64,000 nt of DNA from Thermoanaerobaculia bacterium (GTDB taxonomy: Bacteria > Acidobacteriota > Thermoanaerobaculia > Multivoradales > Multivoraceae): assembly GCA_963666565.1 (NCBI GenBank), contig OY762911.1, positions 128,001 to 192,000 of the forward strand, in the 5' to 3' direction. Position 1 is the first letter of the stretch; each line of letters starts with the position of its first letter. Positions 1-7,777 of the stretch are shown here, piece by piece. Position numbers and translations under genes: made by a program. A model generated the notes under the pieces. The model saw nothing but the letters and a program-made list of their open reading frames with translations, ran no database searches and was not told the DNA's origin.

Positions 1-1
1 G

Positions 2-448
2 GATTGGGAGGTCTTCACTTCCATCTTGCTGAGGCAGCAGGGCGTGGCCAGTCGCCAAGGCCCGGATCTTGGCGACATCGAGGTCAAGTCGGCAGTCGCC
101 GGCAGTTCCTTCGAGTACCAGTACCACCGGAACTCGTGGCAAGCGAAGCTGGATGCCGACCGGCGGTCCGGCCACGCGTTCGTCTGGTACGGCGACGATC
201 TCGGCACCGTCGAGGTCTGGTACTGCGACGGCGAGCAACTGAGCGGCCACTTCTCCGAGTGGGAAGCCGAGAAACCGTACTCGGCGCCCGGTCAGCAGCG
301 CTTCCGCAAGCAGGTCAGCGCCGGCTGGGTCCGCGACCAGGCGACTCTTCTGCTCCGGGTGCTCGACGGCGAGGCTGAGTATGAATGGCGCGGTACGGCC
401 AGCGCGGACGACGGCTCGAACGAACCGGGCGATTTCACGCAGGACTGA
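2..448 (+). CDS. PD-(D/E)XK restriction-endonuclease-like protein, 5' end outside window
   Basis: Frame is open from base 2 (DWEVFTSILLRQQG...). Contains GPDLGDIEVKS, a PD...ExK motif. Confidence 0.6.
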   Translation, partial: DWEVFTSILLRQQGVASRQGPDLGDIEVKSAVAGSSFEYQYHRNSWQAKLDADRRSGHAFVWYGDDLGTVEVWYCDGEQLSGHFSEWEAEKPYSAPGQQRFRKQVSAGWVRDQATLLLRVLDGEAEYEWRGTASADDGSNEPGDFTQD

Positions 449-465
449 CCGGCAGTCGTTCTTCC

Positions 466-1260
466 GTGACCTTCAGCACCGAGCGCGAACGTGTGCTCCA
501 TCTGTTGAGAGACGAATGGGCGTCCGCTGAGTGGCTTCTGCAAGAGTTCCGCGGGCTGTTCTCCGATAGCGAGCGTCTGTCGATGTTGAACTGCATTGCC
601 GGTCCTCTCCTCGTTCTGGTCAAGGAAGTCCTCCAGGAGAACCTACTGCTGCGCGTGGCACGTCTCACCGACCCACTGAGAACCGGAGCGCACGCGAATC
701 TGACCCTTCGCCAGGTTCCGGCGCTCTTCGACGACGAACCGGAGAAGAGGCGGGAACTGGACCAGCAGGTGCAGGCCGCCGTTGAAGCCGCCGCCTTTGC
801 CCGTGACCGGCGAAACCGGCAGATCGGCCACAAGGATCTGCGGCATCTGATGGCCACCCATGCGAAGCCCTTGGAGCGAGCAAGCCTTCAACAAGTAGAT
901 GCGGCCCTGGCGGCCGCGCACAGAGTACTGGACACCATCGCCGGGTACGAGCAAGCCTGCCTCGTCCGCCGCGATACCGGCTCGGATGCCGCCGACGCGC
1001 TCCTCTACCGGACTTTGCGGCTCGTCGAGGCAGTTCAGTTCATCGACGGACTGATCGACCCGGACGGCGCTTCGGGGTACACCGACCATGAGCAGGCCAA
1101 TGTGTTCCTCGACAAGCTGGGATACGAGCCGGACCGGCGCAGCTACGAGCTCGTGGTCGAGCTACGCGCAGTTGCGAGGTTGTTTCCTCGACAAGATCTC
1201 ACGATACCGCTCCGGGCCAAGCTGAGCAGGCGGAGGCGAAGCCAAGCGACGCTTCCGTAG
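466..1260 (+). CDS. HEPN domain protein, AbiU2-like (putative RNase / abortive-infection effector)
   Basis: GTG at 466. LFxxxERLxMLN...LLLRVARLTDP...NLTL pattern followed by the HEPN motif RNRQIGH (RxxxxH). Confidence 0.7.
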   Translation: MTFSTERERVLHLLRDEWASAEWLLQEFRGLFSDSERLSMLNCIAGPLLVLVKEVLQENLLLRVARLTDPLRTGAHANLTLRQVPALFDDEPEKRRELDQQVQAAVEAAAFARDRRNRQIGHKDLRHLMATHAKPLERASLQQVDAALAAAHRVLDTIAGYEQACLVRRDTGSDAADALLYRTLRLVEAVQFIDGLIDPDGASGYTDHEQANVFLDKLGYEPDRRSYELVVELRAVARLFPRQDLTIPLRAKLSRRRRSQATLP

Positions 1261-1290
1261 TCACGGCGTCGCTCCAAGCGCCCGATAAAC

Positions 1291-2091
1291 TCACCGAACA
1301 AGACGAACCTCGAAAAGAGGATGCCTTCGAGGCCGCTCACCCGGCACACGCCGTCCCATCAAGAAGACGCGATCGAAGTTCTCCGGACCAAGTACTACCG
1401 TCCCCTCCACATACTCGGCCAAGTGCGCCTGCAAGTAGAACTCGGGCGTGAAGATCAGCAGAACATTCCCGTGCAGGCGAGAATCGAGCGCGTCTTCGCC
1501 ATGCTTCCTCATCCTCTTCGCCCTCTTTGCTGCGGCCTTGTCGTCCTTCGTCGCGACGACCTCCCTTAGCCGCACCTGAAAGCGCTCCAGGGTCCATTCG
1601 ACCCCCTGGCCCTTGTATTGGCCCGGGGCTAGTCTGATCTTGCGCTCCCACGTGGCCTTCTCGCCGGGTCCCAGGTCAGCACCATGCCACTGGAAGTCAA
1701 ACCTGCCGTTCTGCCTTCGCTTCCACCTAACGCTCGTCACTCTGCCATCGGCCGTGGCGATGCAGACCGCGTGCTGCTTCGGGTACTCCACCAGATCGGT
1801 CACCTCGACGCCGGTCGGCTTGCCGTCGAAATCGGCCAGGACGTCCGGCGGGTCGTCCTTCTCGCCGCTCTCATCGAGATTGAGCCTGATTCGGGAGATC
1901 GAGTGCCCGTGCTTTTCCATTTCCTTGGCCCAGTCACGGACCCTCTCTAGCTCTGCCAGTTCCTGGTAGCCGTGAATGTTGTCTAGGTAGGGAGAGTCCG
2001 AACTGAACTGCTCCACGATCCGCAACGTCTCCTCAAGTTCCTCGACATCGGCCAGAGCCCCTTCGGGCCGCTTGTTCTCTCGCTCCGGCAT
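1291..2091 (-). CDS. Hypothetical protein with a PD-(D/E)XK-like motif
   Basis: ATG at 2091 with GGAGGA RBS. Motif DDPPDVLADFDGKPTGVEVTDL (PD...ExT variant). Confidence 0.55.
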   Translation of the reverse strand: MPERENKRPEGALADVEELEETLRIVEQFSSDSPYLDNIHGYQELAELERVRDWAKEMEKHGHSISRIRLNLDESGEKDDPPDVLADFDGKPTGVEVTDLVEYPKQHAVCIATADGRVTSVRWKRRQNGRFDFQWHGADLGPGEKATWERKIRLAPGQYKGQGVEWTLERFQVRLREVVATKDDKAAAKRAKRMRKHGEDALDSRLHGNVLLIFTPEFYLQAHLAEYVEGTVVLGPENFDRVFLMGRRVPGERPRRHPLFEVRLVR

Positions 2092-2129
2092 GGTTCCTCC
2101 GGTTCGGCGGGATCGGCCCCGCGTTGGAT

Positions 2130-4005
2130 GACTAGACTCCTTGAACAAGGGGCGTCTTAACAGTTGAGTCAAGTTTGGTTCGGGGTGTCCGTGTCGATTC
2201 GGCGTGACGGAGGTCGGCCTCAGGCTGCGAGTCGCTGTCCTCGCCAAGCTCTTTGGACCTCGCGGTCGTAGCTGGCGACGGTTCTTCGTAGCCGGGCGTT
2301 GGCTTCCGGGTCGAGGGTGGCGGACATGACGGGGCCGAGCACTCGGGCGTGGGTCCGGTGGTAGGCGAACGCTACGCGCAGTCCCCAGTCGGTGATCCGG
2401 TAGCGGTGGGTGCGCGGAACCCGTTCGACGATTCCCCGCAGTCGCAGTCGGCGCAGGTCGTAGGTCATGCGGGAGGGTCCGTAGCGGTCCGGCGTGAGTC
2501 CGCACAGACTGGCGACCGCGGGCCGCAGGTCGCGGTTGCGGAAGCCGTTGGGCAGGAGGCTGAAGCGCAGCAGGGCGGCGAAGAGACTCTGCACCCTGCG
2601 GTCTCCGAAGCGAAGCGCCGAAGCGCGCTGACCCGAGATGCACCGCGGACGGTGCAGATCGTCGAGCGTTTCGGCTCCGAGCAGACAGTCGTGGCTGAGA
2701 GTTTGGACGCCGAGCAGGCGTCGGTTGGCGGCGAAGCCGACCTTCTTGAGGTCATCGAGGTTTCTCAGCAAACGACCGACATCGAAGTCGTAGGTGTCGT
2801 TGATCACCGTCTCGGTGCGCAGGGCGCGCCCTTCCTTGTGGTACTGCTTGATGCGCGAGTGCTTGTAGTCGACGTGCAGCGACGGGGAGACCCCGTCGGT
2901 AATGACGCGGGTGCGATACCGCGAGGGGGTGCGTCGCGTGACGCGGCGCTTGAAGATCAACTGCACGTGCTCGGGCCGTCCCATGTCGAGGTGCTCGCGC
3001 AGCACCTCCTCGAAGAAGACCCGACCCTGCACCGGGCGGTCGAAGACCTGGGTCAGGGCGAATTCGGCCTGGAGGATCGAGACGGCGTAGCGGATGCCCC
3101 GCCGCCGGTCGCCGGCGGAGAACGGATGCGGCAGGCGAGCCAGCCACTTGCGCAGCAGCGCGTCGATCTTGTCCGCGTCGAGGCCGTCGGCGAGCCGCTG
3201 CATCGCCTCCGGGTCCGAGCAGCGCAGGATGCCGTTGTCCAGCGCCTCGTACTCGATCCCCCGCTTGCTCAACTGGCGCTTGAGGTACTCGTGTCCGTTG
3301 ATGCACAGCTTGGCGTTGTAGGGGAAGTACGAGCAGAACTTCAGGAAGAACGGACCGAAGTCGTCGTCGAACACGTAGAAGTAGTACTGGTTGACCATCG
3401 CCGTCGAGTGCACCAGCCACGGATAGCCCGCGTCGGTCGCCGAGTCGTAACGACGCTCGGTACGCAGCACCCGAGCCTTCTCCTGCGCCTTGCCGACGTA
3501 CAGCACCCCCTCGCCTCCATGCCACCGGCGAAGGTACTCGCGGGTGCGGTCGTCCTTGCGCTCGCCGCGCCGAAACGGGACGATGTCGATCCGATGCTGC
3601 CGCGCGTAGCCCTTGATCGCGGCCACGAACCGCCTCGTCATCGGCGCCATCAGCACCGACGACGGCACCTGCGCGCCCCGCACCTCCCGGAAGAACCAGG
3701 CCGCGCCCGCGCCACGCTGAAGCACCGGTACGTAGACGTTGAGGTACATCCGATCGACGCACTCCAGCGTCAACGACACATGCTCCTCAAGAACCTCGGC
3801 TGCCGTGCGTGCTACCTTCATCAGCGGACTCCGGTCGATGGGCTTCTCACCGGCCAGCTTAAGGCCACCTTCGCCGCAGAGCGACAATACGGCGGATTCA
3901 CTCCGCAGCTGAAGCAGCGACCGGAGTCCGATCGACGCCAAGGCCGAGGCCGACCACCGCCGCGAACATGCTCGTCGGTCTGAGGCGAAGCCTCGTTAGG
4001 ACTAG
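2130..4005 (-). mobile_element. IS-like element without terminal inverted repeats, bounded by GACTAG direct repeats
   Basis: GACTAG at 2130-2135 and 4000-4005. Hairpins lie next to both ends. A single large ORF fills the element. Confidence 0.65.
2220..3821 (-). CDS. Putative transposase / Rep-like protein (533 aa) with C-terminal winged HTH
   Basis: ATG at 3821. Motifs DRMYLN, YYFYVFDDDFG, NGHEYL, DNG and KQYHKEGRALRTETVIN. C-terminal GFRNRDLR...MTYDLRRLRLRGIVERVPRTHRYRIT is MarR-like wHTH. Confidence 0.7.
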   Translation of the reverse strand: MKVARTAAEVLEEHVSLTLECVDRMYLNVYVPVLQRGAGAAWFFREVRGAQVPSSVLMAPMTRRFVAAIKGYARQHRIDIVPFRRGERKDDRTREYLRRWHGGEGVLYVGKAQEKARVLRTERRYDSATDAGYPWLVHSTAMVNQYYFYVFDDDFGPFFLKFCSYFPYNAKLCINGHEYLKRQLSKRGIEYEALDNGILRCSDPEAMQRLADGLDADKIDALLRKWLARLPHPFSAGDRRRGIRYAVSILQAEFALTQVFDRPVQGRVFFEEVLREHLDMGRPEHVQLIFKRRVTRRTPSRYRTRVITDGVSPSLHVDYKHSRIKQYHKEGRALRTETVINDTYDFDVGRLLRNLDDLKKVGFAANRRLLGVQTLSHDCLLGAETLDDLHRPRCISGQRASALRFGDRRVQSLFAALLRFSLLPNGFRNRDLRPAVASLCGLTPDRYGPSRMTYDLRRLRLRGIVERVPRTHRYRITDWGLRVAFAYHRTHARVLGPVMSATLDPEANARLRRTVASYDREVQRAWRGQRLAA

Positions 4006-4126
4006 GCAGCAATACTCACCGTCACTCACCTATGCCGCGCGCGACGGGAATCCGTTTACGTCCCAGGCTTCCCGGCAGTATCGCCGCCAGCGCTATGCCG
4101 CCGGTGACTGAAGCTCCCACCCCGAG

Positions 4127-4999
4127 TCAGTGAATCACCCCCCGCAGCCGCGGGTCCAGCAGGTCCCGCAACGCGTCGCCGACGCAGTTGAACGACAGCA
4201 CCAGCAGGAAGATCGCCACGCCGGGGACGATCGAGAGCAGCGGCTGCTGTTCGAGCATCGGGAAGGCCTGCTGGAGCATGTTGCCCCAGGTGGGCGTCGG
4301 CGGCTGGATGCCGACGCCGACGAAGCCGAGGGCGGCTTCGGTGAGCACCGCGTAGCCCATGCTGAGAGTGCTCTGGACGATGACCGGGGCGATGCAGTTG
4401 GGGAGGATGTGGCGGGCGATGATGCGCGGGTGGCTCAGGCCGAGGGACTCGGCGGCCTTGACGAAGTCGCGCTCGCGGATGGAGAGCCCCTGGCTGCGGA
4501 CGATCCTCGCCATCCAGGGGACGTTGGCGATGCCGATGGCGATGATGACGGTCTGGAGCGAACCGCCCAGCGCGGCGGCCAGGCCGACCGCGATCAGCAG
4601 GCTGGGGAAGGTAACCAGCGCGTCCATGAGACGCATCAGCACGTCGTCGACGCGGCCGCGGAAGTAGACGGAGAGCAGGCCGAGCGGCACCCCGAGCAAC
4701 ACGCCGAGGCCGACGGCGCCGAGGCTGACGGACAGCGCGATCCGGGCGCCGACGATCAGCCGGGCCAGCGTGTCGCGGCCCATCTGGTCGGAGCCGAGCC
4801 AATGCGCGGCGCTCGGGCCCGAGAGCAGGTTGTCGAAGTCCATCTCCTCGGCGTCGACGGGGACGATCCAGGGCGCCAGCACCGCCGCGACGGCGATCAG
4901 GGCCAGGACGACGAGGCCGCCGAGGGCCTGCGGCACGGAGGCGAGCTTGCGCAGCAGCTCGACGGTCGGGTGGCCAAGGCTGGCAGCGACGCTAGTCAC
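4127..4999 (-). CDS. Peptide/nickel ABC transporter permease, DppC/OppC type
   Basis: HWLGSDQMGRD, EAA loop (FVKAAESLG), HILPN. Confidence 0.9.
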   Translation of the reverse strand: MTSVAASLGHPTVELLRKLASVPQALGGLVVLALIAVAAVLAPWIVPVDAEEMDFDNLLSGPSAAHWLGSDQMGRDTLARLIVGARIALSVSLGAVGLGVLLGVPLGLLSVYFRGRVDDVLMRLMDALVTFPSLLIAVGLAAALGGSLQTVIIAIGIANVPWMARIVRSQGLSIRERDFVKAAESLGLSHPRIIARHILPNCIAPVIVQSTLSMGYAVLTEAALGFVGVGIQPPTPTWGNMLQQAFPMLEQQPLLSIVPGVAIFLLVLSFNCVGDALRDLLDPRLRGVIH

Positions 5000-5945
5000 C
5001 GAACTTGATCCTCGGGTCGAGCCAGGCGCAAGCGAGGTCAGTGACCAGGTTGGCGGCGAGCACGGCGACCGCCATCAACAGTACAGCCGCCTGCACCACC
5101 AGGAAGTCGCGGGCGAAGATCGCCTGCACGATGTACTGGCCGGTGCCAGGGATGCCGAAGAGCGTCTCGATGACGATCGCGCCGGCGAAGATCCGGCCGG
5201 TCTGCAGGCCGAGAATCGTGATCACCGGCAGCAGCGCGTTGCGCAGGGCGTGCGACCAGATCACCGTGCGCTCTCTCGATCCCCGGGCGCGCGAGGTCCG
5301 CAAGTAGTCCTGGGCGAGCACTTCGAGCATGGCCGAACGGCTCTGCCGCATGATGAGCGCACAGCTCGTGACGCCCAGCGCGAAGGCCGGCAGGACCATG
5401 TGGCGCAGGCTCTGCAACGGATCGTCGAAGAGGCTCACGTAGCCCTGGCTCGGCAGCCAGCCGAGCCCCACGCCGAAGAGCAGGATCGCCATGATGCCGA
5501 GCCAGAAGTTCGGGATGGCGACCCCGCCGATCGAAACCACCGTCGCCGCGTAATCGATCGGCTTGCCGCGATAGACCGCCGACGCGATGCCCGCCGGCAC
5601 GCCAACGAGCACCGCCAGGATCCACGCCGCGAGGCCGAACTGCAACGTCACGAGCGCCCGGCCGCCGAGTTCCTCCGAAACCGGACGCATGTTCTGGGTC
5701 GAACGGCCGAAGTCGCCCTGCAGCACGTTGCCGAGCCAGATCAGATACTGGACGATGACCGGTTCGTCCAAGTGGTGACGCTCCCGGATGAGCTGCAACT
5801 GCTCCTCGTCGAGCGCCTCGCCGGGCCCGATGAACGCGCGCGCCGGGTCGCCCGGAATCGCGAGCATCAGCGCGAACACCAGGAACGTGACCAGGAGGAG
5901 GACGGGCACCGCCTGCAACAGGCGGCGCGCGAGGTAGCTGCGCAT
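4992..5945 (-). CDS. Peptide/nickel ABC transporter permease, DppB/OppB type
   Basis: PGDPA, GDFGRS, DYLRTSRARG, HALRNALLP. Confidence 0.9.
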   Translation of the reverse strand: MRSYLARRLLQAVPVLLLVTFLVFALMLAIPGDPARAFIGPGEALDEEQLQLIRERHHLDEPVIVQYLIWLGNVLQGDFGRSTQNMRPVSEELGGRALVTLQFGLAAWILAVLVGVPAGIASAVYRGKPIDYAATVVSIGGVAIPNFWLGIMAILLFGVGLGWLPSQGYVSLFDDPLQSLRHMVLPAFALGVTSCALIMRQSRSAMLEVLAQDYLRTSRARGSRERTVIWSHALRNALLPVITILGLQTGRIFAGAIVIETLFGIPGTGQYIVQAIFARDFLVVQAAVLLMAVAVLAANLVTDLACAWLDPRIKFGD

Positions 5946-5955
5946 GTGGCTGGTG

Positions 5956-7596
5956 CTACTCCTCCAGCCAGATCGTCGCGAAGTTCATCTTGCCGTCCCA
6001 GCCCATCAACTGGTCGAGGTTGCGCACTCGCCCGGGGGCCGCCGCGAAGGTCACGCCGTAGAGCAGCGGCGTGAACCAGGCCTCGCCGAGCACCGTCCGG
6101 TTGAGCTCGACGTAGACCCGCTTGCGGGCCTCGTTGTCGTAAAGCGAGGCGCCCAGCTCGACCAGTTCGTCGACCTCGGGCCGCAACACGTTGCCCGGGT
6201 TGTAGTAGCCGTCGCTCTTGTAGGCCAGCGAGGCCATCCAGTCCGGCTCGGGATAGCGGCTCCACGACGTAACGAACATCGGGTACTCCTGGCCATGGTT
6301 GAACCGCTCGGTCGCCGGTCCGCTCGAGAGCACGTCGATGTTCATCCGGATGCCGATCTTCTTCAGCATCGCCCGCACCACCTCGGCGCTCGACACGAGC
6401 AGCGGGTTGTGGTGGGTGACCGCCGTGAACTCCAGGCCGCTCTCGCGGCCGGCCTTCGCCAGGTAGCGGCGCGCCTTGTCGATGTCGTAGTACGGGCGCT
6501 CCTCGTCCGGCTCGTGGACCCAGGAACCCACCGGCCACATCCCCGCGTCGGCCTCGATAGCCCGGCCGAAGAAGATCGCCCGGTTGATCACGGCCGGATC
6601 GACGGCGTGCGCGATCGCAAGCCGAACGTTCACGTCGTCGAGCGGCGGCTTGTTCACGTTGAACACCAGCGTCAGCGCGATGGCGCCGCCCGGCATCGTC
6701 TCGATCCGGAAGCGCTCGTCCCGCTCGAAGGTCGAGATGTCCTTGTAGGGAAGGTAGGTGACGTCGATCTCGCCGGTGCGCAGGGCGGCGGCGCGGACGG
6801 TCTCGTCGCGGATCACCCGGACCGTGACCTCGTCGAGATACGGCAGTTGGTTGCCGTGCTCGTCGCGGCCCCAGTAGTCCTCGTTCCGCACGAAGTGCAC
6901 GAGGGTGCCGGTGATCACCTCCTTCACGCGGAACGGCCCGGTTCCCGACGGGTTCCAGCCGTAGTCGGCGCCGAGCGCCTCGATCGCGGCCGGCGAACTC
7001 ATCACGCCGCCCCGGTCGGCCAGCATGCCGAAACCCGCGCCCCACGGGCCGGCCAGATCGAAGCGCACGGTGTACTCGTCGATCGCCTCGACCCCCTCGA
7101 TCACCGCCAGCGACGCGCGCGGCGTGGCGACGGTCGCGGGATCCAGAATCCGCTCGACGTTGGCCTTCACCGCCTGGGCATTGAACGGGGTGCCATCGTG
7201 GAAGACGACGCCCTCCCGCAGGTGAAACGTGATCGAGTCGGGATCCGTCGCGATCTCCCAGGAGGTCGCGAGCGAGGTCTCCGGCCGCGGATTCAGTTGC
7301 TGGTCCGCGTCGACCAGTTGATCGAAGATCTGCCGCCAGAAGTAGGCGTCGGCGCCCGACCGGCCGAGGATCGCGTCGAGCGACGTGGGCTCCAGGGAAT
7401 GACCCACCCGGAGGTGGCCGCCGTAGCGCGGGCCACCGACGGCGGGAGATCGTGGCGCCAGGGTGCCGGTCTCCAGCCGGTCGGCACGGCTCTCCGGCGC
7501 GCAGCCGAGCACCCAAGCGAGAAGCGCCGGGAGCAGCAGGACCGACCCGGATACGATCGCCTCGAAGGGCGACGATGGCGAAGGACCGACGGACAT
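5956..7596 (-). CDS. ABC transporter substrate-binding lipoprotein, family 5 (DppA/OppA-like)
   Basis: Lipobox VLGC, LATSWE, FHLREGVVFHDGTPFNA, GTGPF. Confidence 0.9.
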   Translation of the reverse strand: MSVGPSPSSPFEAIVSGSVLLLPALLAWVLGCAPESRADRLETGTLAPRSPAVGGPRYGGHLRVGHSLEPTSLDAILGRSGADAYFWRQIFDQLVDADQQLNPRPETSLATSWEIATDPDSITFHLREGVVFHDGTPFNAQAVKANVERILDPATVATPRASLAVIEGVEAIDEYTVRFDLAGPWGAGFGMLADRGGVMSSPAAIEALGADYGWNPSGTGPFRVKEVITGTLVHFVRNEDYWGRDEHGNQLPYLDEVTVRVIRDETVRAAALRTGEIDVTYLPYKDISTFERDERFRIETMPGGAIALTLVFNVNKPPLDDVNVRLAIAHAVDPAVINRAIFFGRAIEADAGMWPVGSWVHEPDEERPYYDIDKARRYLAKAGRESGLEFTAVTHHNPLLVSSAEVVRAMLKKIGIRMNIDVLSSGPATERFNHGQEYPMFVTSWSRYPEPDWMASLAYKSDGYYNPGNVLRPEVDELVELGASLYDNEARKRVYVELNRTVLGEAWFTPLLYGVTFAAAPGRVRNLDQLMGWDGKMNFATIWLEE

Positions 7597-7613
7597 CTGG
7601 GTCCCCCAACTCT

Positions 7614-7751
7614 ATGGGGAGCGCCGCGGAGGAGTTCGAGCGCAAGTTCGACGCCGGCGAGGACATCTCGAAGCACCTCGACCTGACGGAGACGCGACGG
7701 CCCCGCCGCTACTGCCGCCCCGCCAACGTCGATTCCTCGTCGAAGCGCTAA
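7614..7751 (+). pseudogene. BrnA/CopG-like antitoxin remnant
   Basis: AEEFERKFDAGEDISKHLDL...RRP...NVD matches the BrnA-type N-terminus. The frame breaks after NVD, and LVEAL continues in another frame. Confidence 0.6.
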
Positions 7752-7777
7752 CGCATGGTCAGGCGAATCGGCGCCGC

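Noticed and set aside
2092-2643. N-terminal extension of the 450-aa ORF 1291-2643
   Set aside because: It overlaps the transposase gene in another frame. A good RBS supports ATG 2091.
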